Virus genome (UHGV): UHGV-1982450
Origin: a virus
Reading direction: 5' to 3' (one strand)
Length of the DNA stretch: 21,444 nucleotides
This document shows positions 8,024 through 15,229 of the stretch, piece by piece; position 1 is the first letter of the stretch, and every line of letters starts with the position of its first letter. Under the pieces are notes generated by a model. The model saw nothing but the letters and a program-made list of their open reading frames with translations, had not been told where the DNA came from and searched no databases. The translations under genes and the position numbers were made by a program.

Positions 8024-8275
8024 ATGTTCGACGGCCTGTTGTTCAAAATGAAATCCGCTTTGTTCACTCTGGCCGCCGTCATTCTAGTCCTTGTCGGCGC
8101 ATACTCCTATGGCGGGTATATGGCCAGACGCAGTATGGAAGAGAAAGAACGGCGGGAAGATAACAAGCGTCTTCAAAGCACAGTGGAAGTGGTGAATGAG
8201 ACGAACAGTGAAATACGTCAGAAAGATGCTTCTGCCATTCATCGTGAGCTGCATGATAAGTGGGTGCGTAATTAA
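8024..8275 (+). CDS. i-spanin-like (Rz-like) protein
   Basis: N-terminal TM ALFTLAAVILVLVGAYSYGGY followed by a charged helical region. The next ORF, a lipoprotein, overlaps its 3' end in another frame. Confidence 0.5.
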   Translation: MFDGLLFKMKSALFTLAAVILVLVGAYSYGGYMARRSMEEKERREDNKRLQSTVEVVNETNSEIRQKDASAIHRELHDKWVRN

Positions 8276-8411
8276 GCCACAGACCACCAGCGTGTTGTTC
8301 TGCGATGGCGCTGAACCTATTTATATCAGCAATGACGATGTAATGACCGAAGAAACCGAACGCCAAATCCTTTTTCACAATACGATGGGAGAGAGAGTTT
8401 GCGGTTGGTGA
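8196..8411 (+). CDS. o-spanin-like (Rz1-like) small lipoprotein, overlapping the i-spanin gene
   Basis: Signal peptide MRRTVKYVRKMLLPFIVSCMISGC with lipobox I-S-G-C. The mature part is about 47 aa. GGAAG lies about 8 nt upstream of the ATG. The ORF overlaps 8024..8275 by 80 nt, the classic overlapped spanin layout. Confidence 0.55.
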   Translation: MRRTVKYVRKMLLPFIVSCMISGCVIKPQTTSVLFCDGAEPIYISNDDVMTEETERQILFHNTMGERVCGW

Positions 8412-8421
8412 TGTCGAAGTT

Positions 8422-8437
8422 CCCCTCAAATGAGGGG
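8422..8437. terminator. weak bidirectional hairpin between convergent genes
   Basis: CCCCTC-AAAT-GAGGGG lies between the o-spanin stop (8411) and the GNAT toxin stop (8444). It lacks a strong U-run. Confidence 0.3.
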
Positions 8438-8443
8438 GACACA

Positions 8444-8965
8444 TTATTCTTCGAACAATTTTTCGATAGATTTTGTTGGATAGAACAAAGAACGATCGTT
8501 GTTACCAACCAGCTGGATAAAGCCCAAACTTTTATAAAACGCCCTGGCTTTATCGTTCAACGCCTCAACGAAAAGCCCATGAATGCCTACCGCAAGAGAT
8601 GCATTGTACACAACACGCATTGCGTGAGTTACAAGCATTGAGCCAAGCCCCTGACCTTGAAGAGATTTGTCCAAAGCCAGTCTGCCTAAAGTGATACTTG
8701 GGACATGCCGATAAGGCACTTTCTTTTGCTGACTCTTTGAAGGTAAGGTTTCTTTCTCAAAGCAGCTGCCTGACAAAGTGTAATAACCTAATACCTTTGG
8801 TATTTCTTCTTTAGTGCAAAGCACATAAGCGCGAAGAATTTTTCCTTCATGCTGTCTTTTTAAGTGGTTGGTCAAAAATGCGTTTAGCGACTCTTCGCCG
8901 CAATCAAAACCGTTTAGATCATAATCTTTCTCTCCAGAGAAAATCTCGATCGTCGTATTGCTCAC
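8444..8965 (-). CDS. GNAT-family acetyltransferase toxin (TacT/AtaT/KacT-like type II TA toxin)
   Basis: The N-terminus FDCGEESLNAFL, the GYYTL segment and acetyl-CoA motif A QGQGLGSMLV match the toxin family that pairs with DUF1778 antitoxins. The antitoxin gene sits directly upstream. Confidence 0.85.
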   Translation of the reverse strand: MSNTTIEIFSGEKDYDLNGFDCGEESLNAFLTNHLKRQHEGKILRAYVLCTKEEIPKVLGYYTLSGSCFEKETLPSKSQQKKVPYRHVPSITLGRLALDKSLQGQGLGSMLVTHAMRVVYNASLAVGIHGLFVEALNDKARAFYKSLGFIQLVGNNDRSLFYPTKSIEKLFEE

Positions 8966-8972
8966 GAGTAAA

Positions 8973-9242
8973 TTACTCCATGCTTTTCAGACGATTGGCA
9001 GCTCGTTTCAGCTTGTCGTTCGGTGCCGGAGGATTGCTTATAGCATCCATAACCAGATTCCAGGACTCTTCACTTAGAACCAGTCTACGGTGTTGCTCTA
9101 TCACCTTCACGGCACGTTCGGATGCACTGCTAACCATGAACTGGGTAATGCTCTGGTTAGACATTGCGGCAGCTTCCTCGATGATGCTTTTATCGTCATC
9201 GGTTAATCTCAAATCGATGCGCTGCTTTTTCAGTGCGGACAT
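8973..9242 (-). CDS. DUF1778 (RHH) antitoxin, TacA/AtaR/KacA-like
   Basis: RIDLRLTDDDKSIIEEAAAMSNQSITQFMVSSASERA is the typical DUF1778 N-terminal RHH pattern. The gene lies 7 nt upstream of the toxin gene and has an SD GGGGG. Confidence 0.85.
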   Translation of the reverse strand: MSALKKQRIDLRLTDDDKSIIEEAAAMSNQSITQFMVSSASERAVKVIEQHRRLVLSEESWNLVMDAISNPPAPNDKLKRAANRLKSME

Positions 9243-9513
9243 GTGTACCCCCTGATGGCCGGTGATGTAGGAAGGCCATCATTGCTCTCTATTTAAACTG
9301 AGTTTTCGACTCAAAGGTTATTTAACTGGGCTATAGCCCATTGCGTATGTGTCATCAAATTGTGTACGGCAATTTACCGTACTCGTAATATAGAGGTGAT
9401 TGTCACTTTTTTCAACAGACAAATGAAAACAGTTACTAGCAATAGGCAATAACAACCTACTAAATAACCTTTACACCGCAGCCGTAGGCATTTAGGCTAT
9501 ATCGCATATAAGA

Positions 9514-9526
9514 AAACAAGTTGTTT
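9514..9526. promoter_or_regulatory. operator-like palindrome AAACAAGTTGTTT over a putative parA promoter
   Basis: Perfect palindrome 36 nt upstream of the parA ATG. A candidate sigma70 promoter, TAGGCA (9485..9490) - N16 - TATAAG (9507..9512), ends 2 nt before it. Confidence 0.5.
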
Positions 9527-9561
9527 CATACGACAATAATTCACGCAAAGGAAACTCACCA

Positions 9562-10227
9562 ATGACCAAGATCATTGTGGTTGGCGGCACAAAAGGCGGC
9601 CCAGGCAAATCTACCGTTGCCCAGCAAATTGCGGTATGTCTCAAAGTTAAAAAGAAAAAGAAGGTTCACGTCACCGATATCGATATCCAGCGCACCACGA
9701 CCAGCTGGTGTGAAGACCGTCGCCAGAACGAAGATCTTGAACTGATCCCGTTCGCTTATGTGCAGGACGACATCGTCAAACATCTTAAATCGCTTCAGGG
9801 GCGAACTGATTATGTAGTGGTAGATGCTGGTGGCTTTGACTCCGAAATTCAGCGTCTGGCGATGCTTATGGCTGATGTAATCATCATCCCGCTGCGCCCT
9901 AAACGTCGTGATTTGAAATCTCTGCGTGATATCGACCCGATTATCGACAACGTTCGCAATGTGAACGAGAAAGTTAAGATCCGCGCGGTAATAAACCAGT
10001 GTCCGTCATTGCCTTCCCAGGTATCACGTATTCTGGCCGCGAAGGAAATTGTCGAAACTTTCGGCATCGAGGCTGCGCCGGTTAACCTGTACAACCGTAA
10101 CGTTTATGACGATGCGGAAGAGGCAGGTCGTTCTATCTTTGAAATGACTGGCGCTGAACGCGATAAGAAGGCAGAAGCCGAGTTCGAAGAGTTTGTAGAT
10201 TACATCTTGAGTCTGGAGGAAGAATAA
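9562..10227 (+). CDS. parA: ParA-family partition ATPase (small, type Ib-like)
   Basis: Deviant Walker A GGTKGGPGKST at the N-terminus. The protein is 221 aa and is followed by a 1-nt overlapping small RHH gene. Confidence 0.9.
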   Translation: MTKIIVVGGTKGGPGKSTVAQQIAVCLKVKKKKKVHVTDIDIQRTTTSWCEDRRQNEDLELIPFAYVQDDIVKHLKSLQGRTDYVVVDAGGFDSEIQRLAMLMADVIIIPLRPKRRDLKSLRDIDPIIDNVRNVNEKVKIRAVINQCPSLPSQVSRILAAKEIVETFGIEAAPVNLYNRNVYDDAEEAGRSIFEMTGAERDKKAEAEFEEFVDYILSLEEE

Positions 10228-10586
10228 TGTCCATGAGAATGGGAGACCTTGCAAAGCGCAATGAGCCTAAAGAACCGGCCAAAAGCAGCACTCCACTGCG
10301 CCAGCCAGTCAGACCGCAGGGGCGTCCGACTCGTGGCAAAGAGAAAATTAAAAGTCGCACAATGTCACTGGAAGACGAATACTTCGAACTGCTGGAGATG
10401 ATGAAGTTCATCCCTCGTTTCGAGAAGTTCACCCGTTCTGACGTGATTCGCGCTGCTATTTTCCATCTGGCAGAGAAGTCACCGCAGGAAATCGAGGACA
10501 TCGTGAAACTTAACGAGGCGATCACAGCTGCCGATGTCACGATGCGTACCGATGAAATCAAACGAGAGTTGATGAAGAAAGGTTAA
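10227..10586 (+). CDS. putative centromere-binding RHH protein (ParG-like partner of ParA)
   Basis: ATG overlaps the parA stop (TAATG). The N-terminal tail is basic and disordered. RTMSLEDEYFELLEMM...TRSDVIRAAIFHLAE fits a strand-helix-helix RHH fold. Confidence 0.55.
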   Translation: MSMRMGDLAKRNEPKEPAKSSTPLRQPVRPQGRPTRGKEKIKSRTMSLEDEYFELLEMMKFIPRFEKFTRSDVIRAAIFHLAEKSPQEIEDIVKLNEAITAADVTMRTDEIKRELMKKG

Positions 10587-10589
10587 AAA

Positions 10590-10624
10590 TTATGCATTGG
10601 CGCAATGTACGCGCCAATGCATAA
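10590..10624. terminator. bidirectional intrinsic terminator between convergent parG-like and GIY-YIG genes
   Basis: Perfect 14-bp stem TTATGCATTGGCGC / GCGCCAATGCATAA with loop AATGTAC. It is flanked by an A-run on the left. Confidence 0.65.
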
Positions 10625-10638
10625 GTACAGTGTCAGCT

Positions 10639-11406
10639 TTATGCCGCGCTAACACTATGTTCATTCCTAACCACCCCAACCTTCACAAAAGGGCTGCCGT
10701 AGCTTGGTGGCTTCTTGATTAATTTGCCTACATACAGTTTTCTAATATGCTCATCGGCTATTCTGCCAACAAATTCATAACGTTTTGTGTCGGGGCCAAG
10801 AGCTATATCCCTTGTAAAGTACTGCTGAGAACCGGCTTTGACCCAGCATTCAATCTGATAAACTTCCATTATCAGGCCCCCATATGTAGCGTAGGCATAT
10901 TTGAGATTCTCGTCTCTTGGAACCTTTGCCCATACGCCACGCGTAGCTTCATATAATGCCAGAGCGGACATTCCTGACTTGTAGGTGCTGTTTAGCAGGA
11001 AGGCAAGACCGGCGTGCTCAGGAGCAATTTCAGTTTCCTCTTGCAGCACTAAGTGATGGTAGGCGTCCAGTGATATTCTGCCCATCATGGAACCACTTCC
11101 TCGTACCTTATTCGTAAGCTCTCCGACCCCCATAAGGTCGATGCATGTCGCCTCAACAAGTTTGGCTGTGGTTTCATCCATACCATGACGAAGAATATCT
11201 ATGCCTAATTTTTTATTAGCCAAAAGTTCTTTGATCCGCATGGATTTGGGAGAGTCATCGGGATACTTGATGTGATCGAGACAACGAGTCGATTTGCCTT
11301 TTCCTATGTAAAACGGTCTTTTCATCTTGTCTTCTGTATCATAGAGACAGTAAACATAGTATTTAGCCTTATCCAATGATCTCGCGTATACCGATAAATC
11401 GTCCAT
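10639..11406 (-). CDS. GIY-YIG nuclease-domain protein with an uncharacterised C-terminal domain
   Basis: The N-terminus YYVYCLYDTEDKMKRPFYIGKGKSTRCLDH shows the GIY...YIG...R pattern. About 150 aa of C-terminal domain is not recognised. It is the only minus-strand gene in a plus-strand neighbourhood. Confidence 0.75.
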   Translation of the reverse strand: MDDLSVYARSLDKAKYYVYCLYDTEDKMKRPFYIGKGKSTRCLDHIKYPDDSPKSMRIKELLANKKLGIDILRHGMDETTAKLVEATCIDLMGVGELTNKVRGSGSMMGRISLDAYHHLVLQEETEIAPEHAGLAFLLNSTYKSGMSALALYEATRGVWAKVPRDENLKYAYATYGGLIMEVYQIECWVKAGSQQYFTRDIALGPDTKRYEFVGRIADEHIRKLYVGKLIKKPPSYGSPFVKVGVVRNEHSVSAA

Positions 11407-11517
11407 TATTGCATCTCTTAGCTACTGACTAATGCGTTCTATTTTACACATAAGTTTTTAATCAATTTTACAGGCTCAAAGTGTAGAGCTTCTGGGTGTC
11501 TAAGACGACAAGTTATG

Positions 11518-11570
11518 CCTGTTTCTGTATATAAATAATAAGTAACTTATTAAATATATACGGAAGCAGG
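11518..11570. repeat. 53-bp near-palindromic hairpin element, copy 2
   Basis: Arms are 11518..11543 and 11545..11570 (22 of 26 positions pair, 2 more as G:T). The right arm is identical to 3582..3607. It is immediately followed by the perfect palindrome GTCTTTTAAAAGAC (11570..11583). Confidence 0.9.
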
Positions 11571-11656
11571 TCTTTTAAAAGACACCCACCAGAACAACTC
11601 CCTTCCGTTTCCACTTCCCAAAAATATCTCCAGTCGCTATGATTCGCTCACTTAGA

Positions 11657-11674
11657 TAAGTAAGTACATACCTA
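11657..11674. promoter_or_regulatory. TAAGTAAGTACATACCTA, related to the 5621..5638 palindrome
   Basis: 16 of 18 positions are identical to TAGGTAAGTACTTACCTA. It lies 14 nt upstream of the GTG start at 11689. Confidence 0.5.
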
Positions 11675-11688
11675 TTAAAGGGAATCAT

Positions 11689-12414
11689 GTGAGCCAGATC
11701 TTCTTCAACACTATCGACAATGACCAGTACGATTTCATGACAGAGTGGAACACCGCAGTCATGGATAAGTGGGTAGCGGAGAACATTGGCCTGTCACGTT
11801 GCAAGGACGAGGCGGAACTGTTCGAAACCAAATGGTTTGACTATCGCGATATGCACCCGCTCATGGCCACATGCCTTTTCACTGAGGCATACAAGCGCCA
11901 GTACTCATACATCATGCTGTCGCATGGTCGTGAACACTATGAGACGGCTCCATTCACAACCGGTCTGAAGCGTGTGCCATATCAGGAGTTGTCGACTGCC
12001 AATAAAACGTCTCTATGGAAAGCACGCCAGTTTGCTGACCGCTATTGCTGCTCATACGACTACTTTATCTCCACCGTTCTTTCCGCAGCTGCACGACGGC
12101 TGTGGGACAAATTACCGCGCCCCCAGCATCTCTGGCAGCCCGAGTTGATCGATATATTCGAAGAGAAGTTAGCCAAACGCGCTGTAACCCGTCTGGATGA
12201 CTCTCTGGTGAGTTTTAAGCATCTTGGAGACATGCAGCGTGACCCGATTCAGGAACGCTATTTTGAGTGGATTCTGGAGCGTCTGCGTGGCATTACCCGA
12301 GATAAACGCATCCGTATCATCTTCTCCGCTGTCTGGTTGATGGAAATCGTGCCTGAGCGTGTGATTTACGCGCACTTCCCGGAAGAACTGGAAGAAGCAC
12401 GGCGATTCTGTTGA
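11689..12414 (+). CDS. hypothetical protein (241 aa), first gene of the replication block
   Basis: GTG start with AAAGGGAA upstream. Same strand as, and directly upstream of, the DnaB-like helicase gene. No motif recognised, so any loader or initiator role is only positional speculation. Confidence 0.45.
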   Translation: MSQIFFNTIDNDQYDFMTEWNTAVMDKWVAENIGLSRCKDEAELFETKWFDYRDMHPLMATCLFTEAYKRQYSYIMLSHGREHYETAPFTTGLKRVPYQELSTANKTSLWKARQFADRYCCSYDYFISTVLSAAARRLWDKLPRPQHLWQPELIDIFEEKLAKRAVTRLDDSLVSFKHLGDMQRDPIQERYFEWILERLRGITRDKRIRIIFSAVWLMEIVPERVIYAHFPEELEEARRFC

Positions 12415-12442
12415 TCCCCTATCTGGCTTTTTTAGTATTAGA

Positions 12443-12455
12443 AAACAAATTGTTT
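12443..12455. promoter_or_regulatory. operator-like palindrome AAACAAATTGTTT upstream of the DnaB-like gene
   Basis: Perfect palindrome 19 nt before the ATG at 12475. A candidate promoter, TTGATC (12411..12416) - N16 - TAGTAT (12433..12438), lies just upstream. Confidence 0.5.
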
Positions 12456-12474
12456 AAGCACCAAAGGAAAGCAC

Positions 12475-13815
12475 ATGACCGAACTTTGCCACACAGGACG
12501 AGGGTTGTCTGAAGAGTTCGACGACGACTTCCAGAATAGACTCGCTGCCTACTTCTGTCGCGACCATGAGTTTCTGACTCGCGCAGGCGATCTGGTTGCC
12601 CCAAACCAGTTCTCTAATGCGGCTAACTCCATTCTGGTTAACATGGTGTCGGGCTACTACAGAATGTATAAGAGCGCACCATCATCATCAGCCATCCTCG
12701 ACATGCTCAAACGCGCCAAACGCGATAAGACGATCCGCGAAGAGCTGTTCCCTGACGTTGTTGAGGCGTTTAAGCGCATTCTCGCTGAGAAGCTGTCAGA
12801 TACGGCGTACATGGTCGACCAGGTCGCGACATTTGCTAAAAGCGTAGCGTTCGACGATGCGCTAATTAAAGCGGCTGAGATGAAAGAGAAGGGCGATTTC
12901 CAGGGCGCGATGGCAATCATGGCTAAGGTCCAGCAAATTGGCTCTAACGAAGCGACCGGCATTTACGATTACTTCGCAGAATCAGCGGAGCGTTACAAGG
13001 CCCGTGAGTACGAAGCGTCCGACGATTACGTGCCAAACAGCATCACTACCGGCCTCCCGCTGCTCGACAAACTGCTTTACCAGAAAGGCTGGGCAAAGCG
13101 TGAAATGGTGCTGTTTATGGGCTTCGCTAAGTCTGGTAAATCGACGGCGATGGGGGAGTTTTCCATCAACGCCACGCTTGCCGGTTACAACGTCCTGTAT
13201 CTGTCGCTGGAAGTTCACACCTCCATTCTGTCAGATCGCTTTGACGCCCGTCTGTCTGAGACCGAAATGTCCAGGCTGGTGGAACGTCGCGATGACGTCC
13301 ATCGCAAACTGGCGGAGCTGGGTGCGACGAAAGGCGTGGGAAGTTTGTGGATTGTTGAACGACCGTCCGGAAGCATGTCGCCCGCAGATCTGGATCGTAT
13401 GTTGGGCAGCATGAAAGCCAACGGCATGGTCCCCGATATGGTTGTGGTCGACTACGCTGACCTGATGCGTGCCAGCTACGACCTCCGCGACGACCGCGCT
13501 AACATTCGCAGCATCTACACTGACCTGCGTGCGCTGTACGACAAACACAACGTTGCCGGCATCACGGCATCGCAGACTAACAGAGAAGGTGGCGCTTCTG
13601 AGGTGGCTACAATGATGCACGCAGCGGACAACATCGAGAAGGTGCGTATCGCTGACCTCGTTATCACTATCAACAAAACGGAAGAAGAAGAAGCGAAAGG
13701 CGAAGCGCGTCTTTACTTCGCTGGTTCACGTAACCAGAAAGGCGGCGTAAGCATCCGCGTTAAGCAGAACCTCGAACAAATGCGATTCATCGAACGCATT
13801 ATGGACGTCCTCTAA
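12475..13815 (+). CDS. DnaB-family replicative helicase
   Basis: Walker A GFAKSGKST, Walker B VVVDYADLM and an SQTNREG motif characteristic of the DnaB/RecA-like C-terminal domain. 446 aa. Confidence 0.85.
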   Translation: MTELCHTGRGLSEEFDDDFQNRLAAYFCRDHEFLTRAGDLVAPNQFSNAANSILVNMVSGYYRMYKSAPSSSAILDMLKRAKRDKTIREELFPDVVEAFKRILAEKLSDTAYMVDQVATFAKSVAFDDALIKAAEMKEKGDFQGAMAIMAKVQQIGSNEATGIYDYFAESAERYKAREYEASDDYVPNSITTGLPLLDKLLYQKGWAKREMVLFMGFAKSGKSTAMGEFSINATLAGYNVLYLSLEVHTSILSDRFDARLSETEMSRLVERRDDVHRKLAELGATKGVGSLWIVERPSGSMSPADLDRMLGSMKANGMVPDMVVVDYADLMRASYDLRDDRANIRSIYTDLRALYDKHNVAGITASQTNREGGASEVATMMHAADNIEKVRIADLVITINKTEEEEAKGEARLYFAGSRNQKGGVSIRVKQNLEQMRFIERIMDVL

Positions 13816-13821
13816 AAAAGA

Positions 13822-13848
13822 AGGCGTGGGGAAACACTCTCCACGCCT
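13822..13848 (-). terminator. hairpin with a U-run only in the minus orientation
   Basis: Stem AGGCGTGG / CCACGCCT. On the minus strand it is followed by TTCTTTTTTA; on the plus strand by TGTCTCC. It may block antisense read-through, and its function is uncertain. Confidence 0.3.
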
Positions 13849-13875
13849 GTCTCCAGAAGAGAACAAATTTCTCTT

Positions 13876-15087
13876 TTGCCAAAACCACAAAAGAAAAAAC
13901 ACATGAGCCTTTATGGTATTCAAATACCGAGGCTTATCAAGATATTACCTGCAAAAAATAGGGGTAAGAACGTGAGCGACTTGAAAGAATTACTGACCGA
14001 GCTGGATTTTGAGCAATGGCTCGATATGGAAGGGATCATCTACCGTCGTGGTGGAGTCAGTACTCGCGGACGAGAGGTCAACATTAAAGAGTGTCCGGTA
14101 TGCGGCAGCTCAAACTGGAAGGTTTATTTCAACCTGACCAGTGGTGTCGGCAAATGCTTTGCAGGCGATCATCCCGAAGAGATTCAGTTCAACAAGCTGG
14201 TCTTCCTAAAGCATTACAGCGGCAAATCTCGTCGCGATTTTGAAGAGTACGTCCAGAACGCGCTGATCTCACAAGGATGGGCACCGAAGAAGGAAGAGAT
14301 CGTACTGGCCAGCAAGGTTGAACTGGAAGGACCGGTAGCTCTCCCGCGCCATTACGAACTCCCCATTGACGGTCGTCTTCCTGATTATCTGGTGGAGCGC
14401 CAGATTTCCCCGGAGCTGGCCAAATACTTTGATCTGCGTTACTGCGTCGAAGGCAAGCACGCATACGTCGATCCGTACACAGACCAGGTCAAAGGACAGG
14501 TATTCGATATGCGAATACTGATACCGGTTTACGATCTGGATGGCGTGATGAAGACCTTCCAGGGTCGTGACATTACCGGTGCAGCAGAACGCCGGTATCT
14601 GTTCCCCATGCAGCTGCCAGCATCGGGTAAATTTCTCTACAACGGCCACAATGCAGTCGGCAAACAGACTGTAGTTGTCTGTGAGGGGGCGTTCGATGTT
14701 ATGGGGGTTAAACGAGCTATTTTTGATGAAGAAACATTACGCGATTACGTGGAACCGATAGGAACGTTCGGGATGCATCTATCTGGTAACACCACTCAGG
14801 ATGCAGAAGATCAGTTGGGCGCGTTCCTGACGCTCAAGGCGCGTGGATTACGTAATGTGATTATGATGTGGGATAGTGAAAAGCAAGCTATACGCAACAC
14901 GATGGCCGCAGCCAGGCGACTGACTAGTATCGGTCTTAATGTCAAAGTAGCGTGTTTGGGCGAGGAAGGACTCGACCCCGGCGATGCGACACCGGGGCAG
15001 ATTATCAAAGCCTACTATTGCGCAAAACCTTATTCACGACAGCTTGAACTTTTAAGCAAGGTAAAAGGCATAGCTGCATTAGTTTGA
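13876..15087 (+). CDS. DNA primase (Zn-finger + Toprim, DnaG/T7 gp4-like)
   Basis: Zn-finger CPVCGSSNWKVYFNLTSGVGKCFAGDH, Toprim glutamate VVVCEGAFDVMG, and an acidic MMWDSE motif. The track start at 13876 is TTG; the true start may be the ATG at 13903 or the GTG at 13972. Confidence 0.8.
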   Translation: MPKPQKKKHMSLYGIQIPRLIKILPAKNRGKNVSDLKELLTELDFEQWLDMEGIIYRRGGVSTRGREVNIKECPVCGSSNWKVYFNLTSGVGKCFAGDHPEEIQFNKLVFLKHYSGKSRRDFEEYVQNALISQGWAPKKEEIVLASKVELEGPVALPRHYELPIDGRLPDYLVERQISPELAKYFDLRYCVEGKHAYVDPYTDQVKGQVFDMRILIPVYDLDGVMKTFQGRDITGAAERRYLFPMQLPASGKFLYNGHNAVGKQTVVVCEGAFDVMGVKRAIFDEETLRDYVEPIGTFGMHLSGNTTQDAEDQLGAFLTLKARGLRNVIMMWDSEKQAIRNTMAAARRLTSIGLNVKVACLGEEGLDPGDATPGQIIKAYYCAKPYSRQLELLSKVKGIAALV

Positions 15088-15174
15088 ACCAGTATTATCA
15101 ACGGCTCGGTAGTGTCTAAATTATCCGTGGCGATTCAGTTCTTTTCGTGGGTATGTCTACTTATAGATATTTGT

Positions 15175-15202
15175 TTGTGTTGTGTTCTTGGTCGAATACA
15201 AT
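15175..15202 (+). promoter_or_regulatory. candidate sigma70 promoter of the island operon
   Basis: TTGTGT (15175..15180) - N16 - TACAAT (15197..15202), about 30 to 50 nt upstream of the possible DprA-like starts. Pattern match only. Confidence 0.25.
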
Positions 15203-15229
15203 TAATCTGCATGGTTAATGGACTAAAAA

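Noticed and set aside
8079-8641. ORFs 8079..8444(-), 8084..8287(-), 8326..8508(-) and 8399..8641(+)
   Set aside because: They overlap the spanin-like pair or the GNAT toxin gene on the opposite strand. They have no motifs or plausible RBS.
8878-9255. 125-aa plus-strand ORF across the TA cassette
   Set aside because: It is antisense to the clearly recognisable DUF1778 antitoxin and the toxin N-terminus.
12596-13620. Several alternative-frame or antisense ORFs inside the DnaB-like gene (12596..12847, 12657..12962, 12938..13414, 13231..13620)
   Set aside because: The DnaB-like frame carries Walker A/B and SQxNR motifs. The others are Arg/Cys/Trp-rich frame shadows.
13876-13902. TTG start at 13876 for the primase ORF (N-terminal MPKPQKKKH)
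   Set aside because: It has no convincing RBS. ATG 13903 or GTG 13972 (preceded by AGGGG) are more plausible. I kept the track coordinates but flagged the uncertainty.
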